Below, piece after piece: positions 28,234 to 44,922 of a stretch of DNA of 64,000 bases. How positions within the stretch are numbered: position 1 is the stretch's first letter; each line of letters opens with the position of its first letter. The notes under the pieces are model-generated. The model was not told the origin of the DNA. It was given only the letters and a program-made list of their open reading frames with translations, and did no database searches. Source of the stretch: Eledone cirrhosa (lineage: Eukaryota); NCBI GenBank assembly GCA_964016885.1, contig OZ024743.1, positions 275,218,001 through 275,282,000 of the forward strand, given 5' to 3'. The position numbers were made by a program, and so were the translations under genes.

Positions 28234-28947
28234 AGATGATGCATGACATACCCTGACTAAGTAGATGGTTAAAATTCAGTCATGGCAGTGAATAAGATAT
28301 GACAAAACTCAATATTTATATACTTTAAGATTGGCACGTGGAAAAATTACATATAATACAGAGGGTGCGTGTGAGAAAGCTTATAAAGATACATAATAAT
28401 AAACAACTACTAATATAATAGAAACTTATATAACTGTTAGAGATTCAAATAATTTAAATTATTGAAGAATGAAGAAGTGAAAGACAGAGAGAGAAACAGA
28501 TGAGGAAAAAGATAGTTACTAGAAGTATAGAAATATCTTATGCACGAAAGCAAAAGAAAATTGATTAAGGATAGAGAGACAAGAAAGAATAATTTTTATA
28601 GTATAAAGCATAGGGAGGGAGATTTGTATTGTCGTGGATAAATAGCGTATAATTAGATGATGCAAATATATATATATATAAATATACATTTGGGCATAGC
28701 TTTACGAATGAATAGTTTCGAATCGTTAAATTATTTAGAAATAATCAATCAATCAAAATATCAAATATATCTGGGTGTAGTTATATGAGGGTTTATTTTC
28801 GAGTCCTGAAGTTAATTAGAAATAGACTATTAATCAATTATATATATCCAAACATATCCGGATGACCGTTAAATTTCGAATTATTTATGTTAGTTCAAAA
28901 TAGTGAATTAATCTAAAGGTATAATATTTCGGGCTATAAAATGTATA

Positions 28948-30060
28948 AGTATTTATATTATAGTATAATATCATATTTAAAGTATTTGCAAACATGAGAA
29001 AGAAGAGACTTAATATTTTCTTCATTCCGAAGGTAATCCATATTAAATTATATTAAAAAGTTTTATATTAAAGAGATTAAAGAGATTTTATATTAAAAAA
29101 TAATCATTATATAATATAAAAAGTAATTACAATTATAATTTTAAAAATTTTAAATTAACATTAGAATGCCCTAAAGTATCCAAAGGCCTTATAATTATAC
29201 TTAAAAAGGATATTATTAAACTAGATATACGCATTTGTCTAAGTTTATACAAAGAGTATATTGCTTAAAGTTTAAGACGATATTAGTCAGTTATATATAA
29301 TATAATATAATATAATATAATATAATATAATATAATATAATATAATATAATATAATATAATAAATTACTGTTAATAGTGTTCAAGGGAAGGTTTTACGTC
29401 AATTATTATATTAGGATCAAGTAATACATATATACTATAAATATACAAATCAAACTTCATGAATCATAAAAGATAAGACACAGATTCAAAATAAATAAAT
29501 GAATGGTTTGCGATCCTATATCTAAGCTATATAATTTAAAATACAAGAACATTTTTAAGTATCTATATTATAGTATAATATCATATTTAAAGTGTCTGCA
29601 AATATGAGAAAGAAAAGACTTAAGATTTACATCAACCCGAAGGTAATCCAAATTTAATTATATTAAAAAAAATTAAAAAATCATTATATAATTTTTAAAA
29701 TATTTAACAATTATAATGTCCTTAAGTATCTAAGGCACTTTTAAATGTACCTAGAAGGATGTTATTAAACTAGATATACACATTTGTCTAAATACATACA
29801 GAGTATACTGTTTAAAGCTTAAGACAATATTAGTGATTTATATAGATATAATAAATAATAAAAACAATTACTGTTAATAATGTTATAATTGAAGTTTTAC
29901 ATCAAGTTAAATGGAAAAAGTTTGTCCACTAGGATCGTGTACGACACATATACCATAAATATATAAATCAAACATCTTGAATCTTAAAACAACATATTCA
30001 AAATAAATAAATGAATGGTTTACGATTCCTTATAACTGTTAACCATATAAGCTATATATT
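28948..30060. repeat. Diverged direct duplication with a period of about 610 bp
   Basis: TATATTATAGTATAATATCATATTTAAAGT at about 28954 and 29564, with collinear matches downstream. Confidence 0.8.
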
Positions 30061-30296
30061 TTAAAAAATACAATAAACCTCGAAAAAGTTAAATGTATTT
30101 TCACAATCAAATGATATGCATATTCATCAAGAGATCATGTTAACAGTCTATATGTTTATATATTTATATAGAACCCTTAATCTAACAATTATCATATCGT
30201 AAATGAATAAAAATTATTATAAGGTTTTATAATCTGTTATAGTATCATTTTACGCACTCAGTTGATAAGAAACATCAAAAATTAAAACTTATTTAT

Positions 30297-30990
30297 TCAA
30301 TGTTTTTTCCTGACTTTTTGCGAGGCTTGGAATGTAGAAGAAGCTTTATGTAGGCAATTTGAGAATAATTCACTTTTTTTGTTAATTAAATTTTCATAAT
30401 TAGTAATTATTAATAGGGTCTCCATAGTACAAAGATTGCAGTTAGGTGATATTGAAGAATTCAAGAGCTTTGACCAAGAAATCGAGTATTTTAAATTTTT
30501 GTCTTTTAATGACCATATAAGTTGTGATAAATAAGTCGAAGATTTCCTATTAGGATTCGAAAAAGAACATTTGTGATTCGAAAATCTTAATTTAAATGTC
30601 GATGAAGTTGCACCAAGTTGATGAAGTTGCACCAAGTTGTATGTGATGTTATTTGCTTTTACGGACCAGATTGCTATCCAGACAATTATTTTGCAGAGGG
30701 CAATTTGATCTATTTCTATAATTACATTTCGATTTATTGTTATTACTATAAATTGGACAATTGACATTAACATTGCTAGTACTTTGAAGTGTTCTATTGA
30801 TAGTGCTTAGATTAATGTTATTGTTATTCCTAGTATTGATATTGCTAGTGCTATTATATTCATTATCCCTAATTGTTTGTTGGTTATGATTTAGAATTCT
30901 ACTATTTATTTTTGCAATTTTATGGGCCATATTCATAGTTGTAGAATAAGAAAGCTTAATTGTGTGTCGGTTAAATATGGAACGGTATTT
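30297..30990 (-). pseudogene. PLE C-terminal GIY-YIG-type endonuclease remnant
   Basis: [52 protein letters not shown] and NKKSELFSNCLH. Frameshifted. Confidence 0.8.
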
Positions 30991-31049
30991 ATGTATATAC
31001 ATATATATATGTATATACATATGTATATATATATATATATATATACACG

Positions 31050-31201
<152 letters not shown>

Positions 31202-31203
31202 TT

Positions 31204-31254
<51 letters not shown>

Positions 31255-31312
31255 AAGGCTCTGATACCATCAACACTATAAACACAGAGCTGGCATATCT
31301 AAGAACTGTCTA

Positions 31313-31368
31313 ACTGCCTGATGAGGTCATAGCCATTCAATGGCTATCATCGAAATATATATACCAGT
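31313..31368 (+). ncRNA. Minimal type I hammerhead ribozyme within an insert of about 165 bp in (TA)n
   Basis: ACTGc-CTGATGA-ggtcATAGCC/GGCTATcatc-GAAA-tatata-TA-cCAGT. Confidence 0.75.
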
Positions 31369-31441
31369 AAATAAAGGATTATGAGTTCATGCAATTGACT
31401 TATGTTTCCACACTATACATATATATATATATATATATATA

Positions 31442-31901
31442 CTAGCAGCAGTACCAAGCGTTGCCTGGGTAGGTAAAATAATATCTGCTTTGATGAAAAG
31501 GTGTTGATCTTAGCGACTGCTTCTCGATGACTCATCTATGGCCGCACATGTGGAAAAAATCGTATTTTGAAGAGTTAAACGGCTGCCACGCCGTCCCTGA
31601 ACAACAAATGCAAAATATAAAGCCATTACAGGATGTGCAATGATAAATTTGAACGAAATCGGTGGCAAAATATGGGTGCTAGAGCCAAAAATCTTATTTT
31701 TCGATACCTAAAAAAAGGTGACCCCCCTATTGATATTTATCTGCAGAATGACCCCGGAATAAAATAAAAACGATACGCTGTTATATAGAAAACACTCCCC
31801 GATGACTAATCTATGAGCCTGTAAAGTTTCATGAAAATCGGTCGTAAGATGTAGGGCCCTATAGGTAATACACAGACAAACAAACACACATACACACATA
31901 C

Positions 31902-31910
<9 letters not shown>
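31442..31910 (-). mobile_element. Non-autonomous Helitron
   Basis: Minus-strand 3' end ACCCAGGCAACGCTTGGT hairpin, 7 nt, then CTAG-T. GTTT/GTCT microsatellite near the 5' end; inserted in (TA)n. Confidence 0.7.
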
Positions 31911-31957
<47 letters not shown>

Positions 31958-32181
31958 TTCAAGAGTAACCAATCTTAAAGAGAGAGATTGAGATAGTAGA
32001 GGAGATATGAGAGGGAAAATTGGTGAGTTAGTTAGAAGCCAAAGCGTAAAGGCATGTGCTCAATGTGCAATATGCAGTAGAAAGCAGCTAGGTGGCTGGG
32101 TTCATGCAAAGGTTAGGTGCGCAGATCTGGAAATAATAATGTCTTGCTTGTGAAATTTGTGGTCTTGTTTTGCTTAACTAA

Positions 32182-32246
<65 letters not shown>

Positions 32247-32429
32247 GGAAAATGCACTTTACTTAGGTGACCTCTTTGTTCACTTTGTCTAATGGTGCAA
32301 TTTTTTCTTATATATTCATGACACCAACGAGACATAAATAATATATATATTCGTAAAGTTTTTCAATTAATATTTACATATATATATATATATATTACTT
32401 GTGTCTATAAAATGGTCTCCTAACTGACT

Positions 32430-33660
32430 CCCAGCATGGCTTTCACCCGAGTAGAAGTTGCCCTACACAGCTCTCGCAGCATTATGACTAGCTACTGAAA
32501 AGCTGCCAGACACTTCGAACGTGGATGTGATATATTTCGACTTTGCGAAGGCCTTCTTACAAGGTTGATCATGGGATGATATGTCACAAATCACGTAGCT
32601 TTTTCATAGTTGTAAATTTGGGTGAATGGCTTCATGACTTTTTAAAAGACAGAAACCAGACTGTTGCAGCCAATTGGGCCTTTTCAGAGGAAACGTCATT
32701 AACAAGTGGCATGCCCTAAGGAACCGTCTTGAGATCACTACTGTTTGTACTGGTTCTCTCAGATATGGCCTCCCCCACTAGCGATGCTGATAACACGAAA
32801 GTAGCACAAGTAATCAAGAAAGTGGCTGATGCTACTCTCTTACAAGATTAAGATGCCACATACGAATGCGCTGAGGACAACAATATGCAATTTAATGACG
32901 GAAAATGTCAAGACCTCAGGTATCAACCTGCAAACACAACAAAGGGGCCACTACAACAAAGCTAAACTGGACCAGGAGGAATCGAAATCTCCGAGTCGAA
33001 ATCAATACAGGGCCTGGGTATTGACGTGAACAATGATGCTTCGATTCATGCACACATCACTAAAATGACGACAATGTGGATTCTAAGGATTTTCAGTACA
33101 AGAGACCTGGAAACCATGTTGGTCTTCTGGAGGACTTTTGTCCTCAACCGACTGGACTATTGCTCTCAGCTGTGGTCGCCCCACTATGTCAAACGAACTA
33201 CAGAACTTGAAGCAATCCAACGAAGCAAGACCAAGAGGATTGCCTGAATGGAGAAAGATAACCTACTGAGAGAGACTGAAAAAACTAAAGCTCTTCTCTC
33301 TGGATCGAAGACAGGTGAGATACGCTATGATATACGTATGGAAGATCCTGGGAGGGCTAGCACCAAACTTCGGCATTGAAAGCCGGATCAACCCACGAAC
33401 AGGGCGCCACAGTGTAGTGCTAAAGATCCCCCTCCTTCACATTTATAGTAGGGACCAGATACTGCAATAGCCTGAGGTTCAAAGAACCCCATCTCTTTAA
33501 AAAGCTGGCAAAAAATCTGAAAGATTTACATGGTGTACATGTAGATGTTTTCAAAAAGCATCTCGACATTCCGCTAACCAAGACCCCGGATGAACCTACA
33601 GCACGAGGCGAAGCGCATATACGGGTGGCGGCAACAAACTCTCTTTTCCATCAATGACCA
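32430..33660 (+). pseudogene. CR1-group LINE RT remnant
   Basis: QHGF, VDVIYFDFAKAF, KVDH, SGMP*GTVL, NNMQFN and RLDYCSQLWSP. Many stops and frameshifts. Confidence 0.85.
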
Positions 33661-33708
33661 ACCAAGGATGGCCATATATACATACACACACACACACACA
33701 CACACACA

Positions 33709-33740
<32 letters not shown>

Positions 33741-33757
33741 CTATATATATATATATA

Positions 33758-33906
33758 TTGACCTCGACGGCAGAGCTCAAGCCGTTTCGACCGGCTTGAG
33801 CTCTGCCGTCGGGGTCATACTTGTTCCTATTACCCACTCTACTACCCTAAGTATTGAGTACTCTGGTGCGTTATAGTCCATCTGGTTCCTTACCACATTT
33901 CCTTCG

Positions 33907-33910
<4 letters not shown>
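33758..33910. mobile_element. Family A copy with short 5' inversion
   Basis: GACCTCGACGGCAGAGCTCAAGCCG folds onto CGGCTTGAGCTCTGCCGTCGGGGTC; ends TTCCTTCGTTA-(TA)n. Confidence 0.85.
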
Positions 33911-33950
<40 letters not shown>

Positions 33951-34111
33951 TGTTATAATTTATATATTTTTCAGTAAGTCCATCTGTCACACTATTTAAT
34001 CTATCTACTTATTTATCATCTATTATCTACTAATCTATTATACATACATTCACATGCATACATATGTATGTCGGTGAGAGAGTATGGATGTGTATATGGA
34101 TGTAATTTCGT

Positions 34112-35725
<1,614 letters not shown>

Positions 35726-35750
35726 ATATATATATTTATATATATATATA

Positions 35751-35838
<88 letters not shown>

Positions 35839-35904
35839 TATATATACACACACACACATATATATATATATATTTCCTTACCACAATTCCTTCGTTATAT
35901 ATAT

Positions 35905-36050
35905 GCTGTCCAGCATAGTTACGTCCCTTTACGATCTGAGTTCAAATCCCGCCGAGGTTAACTTTGCCTTTCATCCATACAGAGGTCGATAAAATAAAGT
36001 ACCAGTAATGTACTGGGTAATTGCTGGCCTTGTGCCAAAAGTAGAAACAG

Positions 36051-36052
<2 letters not shown>
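35905..36052 (+). mobile_element. tRNA-derived SINE, 5'-truncated
   Basis: B box GAGTTCAAATCC and core TTTGCCTTTCATCC..GGTCGATAAAATAAAGTACCAGT. Confidence 0.8.
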
Positions 36053-36097
<45 letters not shown>

Positions 36098-36100
<3 letters not shown>

Positions 36101-36266
36101 CGAAGGAATTGTGGTAAGGAACCAGATGGACCATAACGCACCAGAGTACTCAATACTTTAGGGTAGTAGAGTGGGAAATAGGAAAAGGTATGACCCCGAC
36201 GGCAGAGCTCAAGCCGTCTCTACGGCTATTTCCAGAAATAGCCGTGGACGGCTATTTCTGGAAATA
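36098..36266 (-). mobile_element. Family A copy
   Basis: Same terminus; ends in the ACGGCTATTTC/GAAATAGCCGT hairpin and is fused directly to a family B unit. Confidence 0.8.
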
Positions 36267-36270
36267 TTTT

Positions 36271-36893
36271 CATATTTACACATTTTTTTCCCCCGCTGTT
36301 ACACGTCTATTTCGTTCTTACTGCTTCCTCTTTCTCTCTATCTTTACCCTCTCTAGCAGTCTCTCTCTCTCTGTTAGCCTCTTCCTCACCCTTCACTCAC
36401 TCATTCTCTGTTACTACCTTTCCTCCTCCTCCTTCTTCCTGTTTGACCTGTGCGTAATTCTTTTCTTTCGCACTCTTGGTCTAGCAGGTGGTTCTTTTTC
36501 TCTCTCTCGTCTACGATTTCACAGAACTCACGTTCACCGAAATCACAGACTAGATCCCTTCTTCCTCCCGTTAGACCTGTACGGAATTCCTTCCTTGCTC
36601 ACATTCCAACCAGGTTTGATGGTCTTTATTCTCTCTCGTTCACGATTTCACCGAATTTAAATTCATAGAAATTTGGGACTTGACTTCTTCTTCCTCACTT
36701 TTCGTTGCTCACCATTTTTGTTGTTTCCACTCGTGTCCCCTTTATTTACGTGTCCCAACGACTTTTTTTAGCAGTTGCTCGCACCAACCGGAGGTATATG
36801 GTCTTTAAAGCGATGAAATACCAATGATGGTTGGAAGATCACTGATGAAGGACTAACTTTATTCATATGTAACCCATTAGCAACGCCGCAGCA
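36271..36893 (+). mobile_element. Family B, diverged single unit in a different circular permutation
   Basis: Collinear with 35071-35675 followed by 35036-35060. Confidence 0.8.
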
Positions 36894-36904
36894 CGTTTAT
36901 TTTC

Positions 36905-37031
<127 letters not shown>

Positions 37032-37445
37032 AATATATTCATCAGTTTCACTATCATTCTGCCCATAATCTATATTCCTTTTCTCGCTGTACCACCTTTG
37101 CCCTCCGATGTAATCACATTGTTTGGCATACCCCTTTCTCTTTATATATATATATACAGATCAGAGCAAACATCACGGACGCTCTATCTCAAAATTATTT
37201 TTGAAAAGCATTAGAAATGCGCAACCGGTAAAACTTAAAACCAAAACTGAATACTAACCAATACTATTACTAATTATCACTTATTCCTAATTAGACTATT
37301 TTTCACTGTGAACAATTTGTCAGAATTTTCTATTCCGTTTACCAATATATATATATATATATATATATGACGATATCTTACACAATATTTTATTTATACG
37401 TCATACCTTTCCTGCCATCATTCTTTCTCCCTCTCCCCTTCTCTT

Positions 37446-37476
<31 letters not shown>

Positions 37477-37524
37477 TACACACACACACACTCACACACA
37501 CACACACACAAACATACACACACT

Positions 37525-37567
<43 letters not shown>

Positions 37568-37987
37568 TCACACACACTCACATACTCACACACACACACA
37601 CACATACTCACACACACACACACATACACACATACTCTTTCTCTCTCGCAGCTTGTCTTTCACTCACAATTCCTCCCTCAAACCAATATATCCTCCATTT
37701 TCCTACAAATTAGTGATCTATATAACCCTGTCTATCAAAAATACGGTAGTGCAGTGCAGTTGTTGTTTGAAGGCATCCTTTAATGTCCCTCCACTCTTTG
37801 ATATCAAACCAACAAACCATCCAGCCAGCCAACCAGCCAACCAGCCAACCACATTTACCATACGTTCAATGTCTTTTATTATTTTAACACAGCACTGTCC
37901 AAACGGTTTTCACATCACTTGACTGTCTTAACTAGATTTCCAGATACGATGTTGGACTCTATGTATGTGTATCTGTATTGGTATGTC

Positions 37988-38026
<39 letters not shown>

Positions 38027-38089
38027 AAGTGTAGTGTGTGTTGTGTATGCGTATATTTGTACGTGTGTGTGTATACATATATACACATA

Positions 38090-38170
<81 letters not shown>

Positions 38171-38228
38171 ATACTTTGGGAGGGTCTGAAACGAAATATA
38201 TATATAAATATATATATATATATATTTA

Positions 38229-38341
<113 letters not shown>

Positions 38342-38449
38342 ACACGCGTACAAATATACGCGTGTGTGTGTATACATATATATATATAGTGCAAATGTAT
38401 ACGGGAACAAAACAGAGAGGCAGACAAATAAAGGTTTATTAGGTTCACG

Positions 38450-38517
<68 letters not shown>

Positions 38518-39214
38518 CGTGAACCTAATAAACCTTTATTTATATACCTATATATATATATATATTTATTAAAATAACAGATTAAAGTTTAAGCAAAGAA
38601 TCGCTGCTTGCACCCCTAACGGGATCTTCTGAAACTCTATCTTTTGCTCTGCGGTTCTTATATATTTGATATATATTTATCCTTATCGAGCGCTCTTTGG
38701 ATTTTAGTCTTCATATTTATTATTATTACTATATATATATATACGTATATGTATATACATATATATAGATATAAATATAAATATAGTGTGTGTGTGTGTG
38801 TGTGTGTGTGTACGCATGTTTGTGGGTGTATGAGCGCCACCGCGTGAGAGAGCGGGGGAGAGAGACAATTATATACACACACATATATATAAATGAATGC
38901 ATGTACGTAATAACTGACTGCTTTAAAATGTCACTTCACAATTATGAGGTTGTAGGTTCGATTCCGTTCCGTTACGTTACATTTTGGGCAAATGTCATTT
39001 GCGCTATTCGACACACTGCCATGCTTAGCGTGTGAGATTCGGTAGAAATGAAAATGTCTATATATATGTGTTTAAACGGCATCTCATACCATCTCTGCCA
39101 AAGAATTACATGAATAGTACATTTGTTTTTAGGATATTCAACCTTGAAACTGACGGAGATCCATTAAGTTTTTCTACTTTTTATGTGTACGTGTATGCAT
39201 GTATGTATGTATGT

Positions 39215-39860
39215 TGAGGTGGGGCGGACACGTGGTCCGGATGTCTGATGATTGTATTCCAAAGCAACTTTTTACGGAGAACTGTGTGAAGGAAGGCGGC
39301 CAGGACACAAACCAAAAATGCGGTACCGGGACTGTGCCAGGGGCATCTTGGCTTGTGCTGGAATTTCATCTGACGAATGGGAGAAAATGGCTGAGGAGCG
39401 TGTGAAGTGGAGACGTTTGATTAAGTCAGGTAGTGAACACTTTGAAACTCGTCGAAGAGAACACCTAACACTGAAAATGAAGGTGGGGAAAAGAGACTGT
39501 CTTGAACTGCCTGCTGTTGAACATCATCTGGTATGCCAGCACTGTGGTTGAGTCAGCCTGAGTAAAGCTGGTTTCACTAGACACGAGCAAAGTCATATCA
39601 GTAGACCTCATGTTGATTATGATCTGAAAAGATGTAAAGAATGTGACAAGGAATGAGCAAGCATGGGAGGTCTTAAAAGACACATGAGAACACACAGCCA
39701 GAACAAAGCAATGGAAAGTCCCAGAAGAGCCTACAGTTGCTATATATGTGCCAGAGGGTGCAAGTGTTTGGCTGGTTTAAAGAGCCACATTCGTGCCTCA
39801 CATTTTTTTAGCATTTTATCGGGCGATGGCAATGCTCGAACACGAGTATACAGCCATCAT
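39215..39860 (+). pseudogene. RTE-clade LINE 3' end with C2H2 zinc-finger-like motifs
   Basis: LRWGGHVVRMSDDCIPKQLF/YGEL, WEKMAEERVKWR, then CQHC..H, CKEC..LKRHMRTH and CYIC..LKSH. 3' stem-loop; in a TATG tract. Confidence 0.85.
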
Positions 39861-40046
39861 GTATGTGAATGTGTATGTATGTATATATGTATGTGTGTAT
39901 GCATGTATGTATGTGTATGTATGCTTATATGTTTTGTGGGCTTATAATTGTATGTGAACAAATTCTACATATATATGTATGTGCGTTTATGTATACATGC
40001 GAAAAATAAATGAATAAAACATATATGTACCTGTACATGAATGTAT

Positions 40047-40114
<68 letters not shown>

Positions 40115-40119
40115 ATACA

Positions 40120-40150
<31 letters not shown>

Positions 40151-40161
40151 TTATCTAGCAA

Positions 40162-40281
<120 letters not shown>

Positions 40282-40286
40282 GATAA

Positions 40287-40421
<135 letters not shown>

Positions 40422-40822
40422 CAGAGCTATAGATTAGGTATATAGATATATATGGATGTATGTGTATGTATGTATATACATTTGTATGTATATACATATC
40501 TATGTATATACATTTGTATGTATTTGTATACATATGTGTATATATGTGTATAGATTCCGTTACGCTCATACATATACATACATTATAGATGTCTATAATA
40601 TCTATTTATTATAGGCATTAGTGCGATAAATAAGGCCAACCGCCTGACCTATGTTGGTCAGATGTATCCACAGCGGCTGAACAACCATTCTATACACGTC
40701 AAAGTAAAATGAAATTGGGGCTGTGACATTCATGCCATTCCTATGGACATGAGAGCTAAATGAATAAATCAAGAAACTAAAACAGGAATGGGAACAAAGC
40801 AGTATATCATATATATATATAC

Positions 40823-40923
<101 letters not shown>

Positions 40924-41011
40924 CATAGATAGATAGATAGATAGATAGATACATATATATACATACACACACACATATATATATAGAGAGAGAGAGATAT
41001 AGAGATATATG

Positions 41012-41042
<31 letters not shown>

Positions 41043-41054
41043 AGGGTGGTGGTC

Positions 41055-41098
<44 letters not shown>

Positions 41099-41100
41099 CT

Positions 41101-41182
<82 letters not shown>

Positions 41183-41183
<1 letters not shown>

Positions 41184-41276
41184 AGGGTATCCCAAAAAAT
41201 GTATACACACTTCAACAACATTTTAATAAATATTGCCTGTACAGTTAATCAAAGTGTGGATACATTTTGGGGAACA

Positions 41277-41280
<4 letters not shown>
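41183..41280. mobile_element. About 100-bp Tc1/mariner-type MITE; other copies at 48989-49065 (partial) and 62196-62296
   Basis: CAGGGT..CCC AAAATGTATACACAC terminal inverted repeats in TA context. Confidence 0.75.
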
Positions 41281-41325
<45 letters not shown>

Positions 41326-41542
41326 TCCGACACTATAATGACCCCCAGAGAACAGCCAATGAGAGGGAATGTCCATGTTCTTGTCTCTTCCGAATTTTCT
41401 GCTTCATTCCATTTCTTGCCAAGTGTTCCTTTAACCACACAGCCTAAATGTTTAATCAAATTGTTATATATATACTATACTACATAAGGTATTACCTATA
41501 GCTATCACACACACACTCCCCCTATCTTCCTCTCTCCGCATC

Positions 41543-41723
<181 letters not shown>

Positions 41724-41728
41724 ATGTG

Positions 41729-41787
<59 letters not shown>

Positions 41788-42427
41788 GTATATATATATA
41801 TATACGTGTATATATATATATATTTATATATATATATATATATATATATACGTATATATATATAGTTTTGCGAGGTTTTTTATATGAAATCGTGTGTCGA
41901 AACAGATATTGTTATATTTGGGGAGGGTCATATTTGCGTAATATTGCCAGAATTAATAACAGAACACACTCACTGTTTGGTTGGTTTTCGCTTCTCGCTG
42001 TCTTTTATATATATGTATCTGCGATCTAACTTACTCGGTCCTCAATGTTGCCATTGACTGACCGGCGGTCAAAAATAATACAGATACAATATAGACAAAC
42101 ACATATATATATAGTTTACATAAATCTTTCGTTGCACATCTGCAACATCGTCAGTGGTGTTATATTCATTGTTCCTCCTGTTGTGTTGTATGTCTACGCC
42201 ATTTTTTTTTGTTCAGTCTGTCTATATATTTATTTATTTATTTGTTTGTTTGTTTATCTTATTTTATTTTGTCTTCTTTGCGCATGCGTTTGCGTGTGTG
42301 TATAGTGTTATGTGTGATGTGTGACTAGTGTGTATAGTGTTGTGTCTGCTGGGTGACTAGTGTGTGTTTATGTGCTTGTGTATGTATTTATTTATCTTAT
42401 TTTATTTAATTTAATTTACTTATTTAT

Positions 42428-43028
42428 TTATACTTCTCTTAGGTCAGTGTTGTTTGTTTGGGTGTTGTTGTTGTTCCACTCATTCTTTCTGTTTAGCTTT
42501 GGTCTTCTAATTTCTATTTCACTGGCCTCTCTGATTTGCCTATCTGCTGGGTCATTCCTATGTTTAGATATTATTCTAATTTCTATGTTGTCTATGTTAC
42601 CGTCATGATGTTGTCTAGCATGTTCGTATAGTACTGACCCGTTTTTTCGTCCTTTTAGTTCCCCCCAGTGTTGGTCTATCCTTTCACCTATGCTACGAGC
42701 TGTCTCACCTATGTATGTTGTTGTCGTGTTTCTGCAAGTACCCTCTGTACATCTTATGCTATAGACTACGTTTCTAGTTTTACAGTTTATCCGGGGGTTC
42801 ACCTTACATATGATACATTTCCTATTGGTACAGTGGGTTTTCTTAAAAGGGTAGGTTTTGCTGATCAGGGATTTTATGGTGGTTCCTGGCTTTTCTACCA
42901 CCTTTATTTTTAAGTGGGTCTTTCTCAGGGCCTTTCTACACTGGTTAGCTAATTTCCCTCCAGGGGTGGCGTCCACAAACATGACACTCTGATATCTCTG
43001 GTTGTCGTACCATGATGTGGCCTTCCCT
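42428..43028 (-). CDS. PLE ORF C-terminus: Cys-rich linker plus GIY-YIG endonuclease, open up to the assembly gap
   Basis: C..CIIC..C..NVVYSIRC..C..YIGETARSIGER..H..RQIREA..LNRKNEW; no stops in the visible part. Confidence 0.85.
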
Positions 43029-43228
43029 NNNNNNNNNNNNNNNNNNNNNNNNNNNNNNNNNNNNNNNNNNNNNNNNNNNNNNNNNNNNNNNNNNNNNNNN
43101 NNNNNNNNNNNNNNNNNNNNNNNNNNNNNNNNNNNNNNNNNNNNNNNNNNNNNNNNNNNNNNNNNNNNNNNNNNNNNNNNNNNNNNNNNNNNNNNNNNNN
43201 NNNNNNNNNNNNNNNNNNNNNNNNNNNN
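43029..43228. other. Assembly gap (200 N)
   Basis: Run of N. Confidence 1.
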
Positions 43229-43964
43229 TATATCAAGAGGAACTTTCTAGATACAGCTCCATGGTCTCTGAAAACAAAAACACAAGAAATGTACCAATGT
43301 TAATTTTGTTAATGTATACAAAAAGTAAACGGAAACAACAAAGCAAACAACACGACACAATGAATAAATGTATTAGTTTAACACTTGATATAGTAGGAAA
43401 AGGGCGTTACGTTTTGAACACTAGTCCTTCATCAGAAGCTAGAATGAGAAATAAAAGATCAAATATAAAGATAGCGAGTGAGGAGAGAAAGGATGGGAAA
43501 ACTTTTTTAGAAAAATGTACGTGTATTTATCTGGCCATTTTAGAGGAACCTTTCATTGGTATATTTCTAATATAATTGTCAACAAATTTTGAAAACAATG
43601 AAGAATTTTGCGGGATTTAGTAATATTACTAACTTTCTCGTTATTAATCTGGTTCTTAAATAAATTTATGACCGGAAGTTTTTTTATGTAAATATAAAGA
43701 GTTTAAAAATAAACAACGTTGTATCGTAGAACCAAGGCAGTTTCAAGTGGTTTTTGTGTCAAAATAGTTAAATTTAAGGCGGGGGAGGGGGTATTTTTGT
43801 ACTTAAACATATTTTTTAAAGTTCACATGAGATTATTGATTTTGCAAAAATGAAGTCACGAAGGTAAAAAATTTGGAATCTCCTGTTTCGTTGATAATGC
43901 TTTATCGAACTAATTAGTTTTATTACCTTGTATTTACCTTCTGAGTGTAGAAAGGTAGGTAGCA

Positions 43965-43989
43965 CAGTAGTAGTAGTAGTAGCAGTAGC

Positions 43990-44041
<52 letters not shown>

Positions 44042-44063
44042 GTAGTAGTAGTAGTGGTGTAGT

Positions 44064-44137
<74 letters not shown>

Positions 44138-44144
44138 CAGTAGC

Positions 44145-44183
<39 letters not shown>

Positions 44184-44289
44184 GGTGGTGATGGTGGTGG
44201 TGGTGGTGGTGGTGGTGGTGGTGGTGGTGGTGGTCGTGTGTGGTGGGGTGGTTGGTGGTGGTGACGGTGGCGGTAATAGCAGCAGCAGC

Positions 44290-44370
<81 letters not shown>

Positions 44371-44489
44371 GTAGTAGTAGTGGTAGTAGTGGTGGTGGTG
44401 GTGGTAGTGGTGGTGGTGGTGGTGTGGTGGTGGTGGTGGTGTGTGGTGGTGGTGGTGGTGGTGGTGGTGGTGGTGACGGTGGCGGTAAT

Positions 44490-44579
<90 letters not shown>

Positions 44580-44657
44580 GGGTGGTGGTGGTGGTGGTGG
44601 TGGTGGTGGTGGTGGTGTGGTGGTGGTGACGTAATAGCAGCAGCAGCTAGCAGCAGC

Positions 44658-44707
<50 letters not shown>

Positions 44708-44717
44708 CAGCAGCAAC

Positions 44718-44776
<59 letters not shown>

Positions 44777-44833
44777 CAGCAGCAGCAGCAGCAATAGTGG
44801 TGATGGTGATGGTGGTGATAATAGTAATAGTAA

Positions 44834-44864
<31 letters not shown>

Positions 44865-44890
44865 GGTGGTGGTGGTGATGGCAGTGATAA

Positions 44891-44922
<32 letters not shown>
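43965..44922. repeat. Compound AGT/GGT/AGC trinucleotide array with higher-order repeats
   Basis: GGTGACGGTGGCGGTAATAGCAGC recurs at about 44260 and 44472. Confidence 0.9.

Larger units (their letters stand above)
28003..30990 (-). mobile_element. 5'-truncated PLE: endonuclease remnant, long AT-rich 3' region and HHR-bearing tail
   Basis: Continuous between two TA-rich tracts; endonuclease and HHR are on the same strand. Confidence 0.6.

Noticed and set aside
43560-43772. Possible decayed piggyBac-type MITE
   Set aside because: Only a degenerate end; no matching TIR found.
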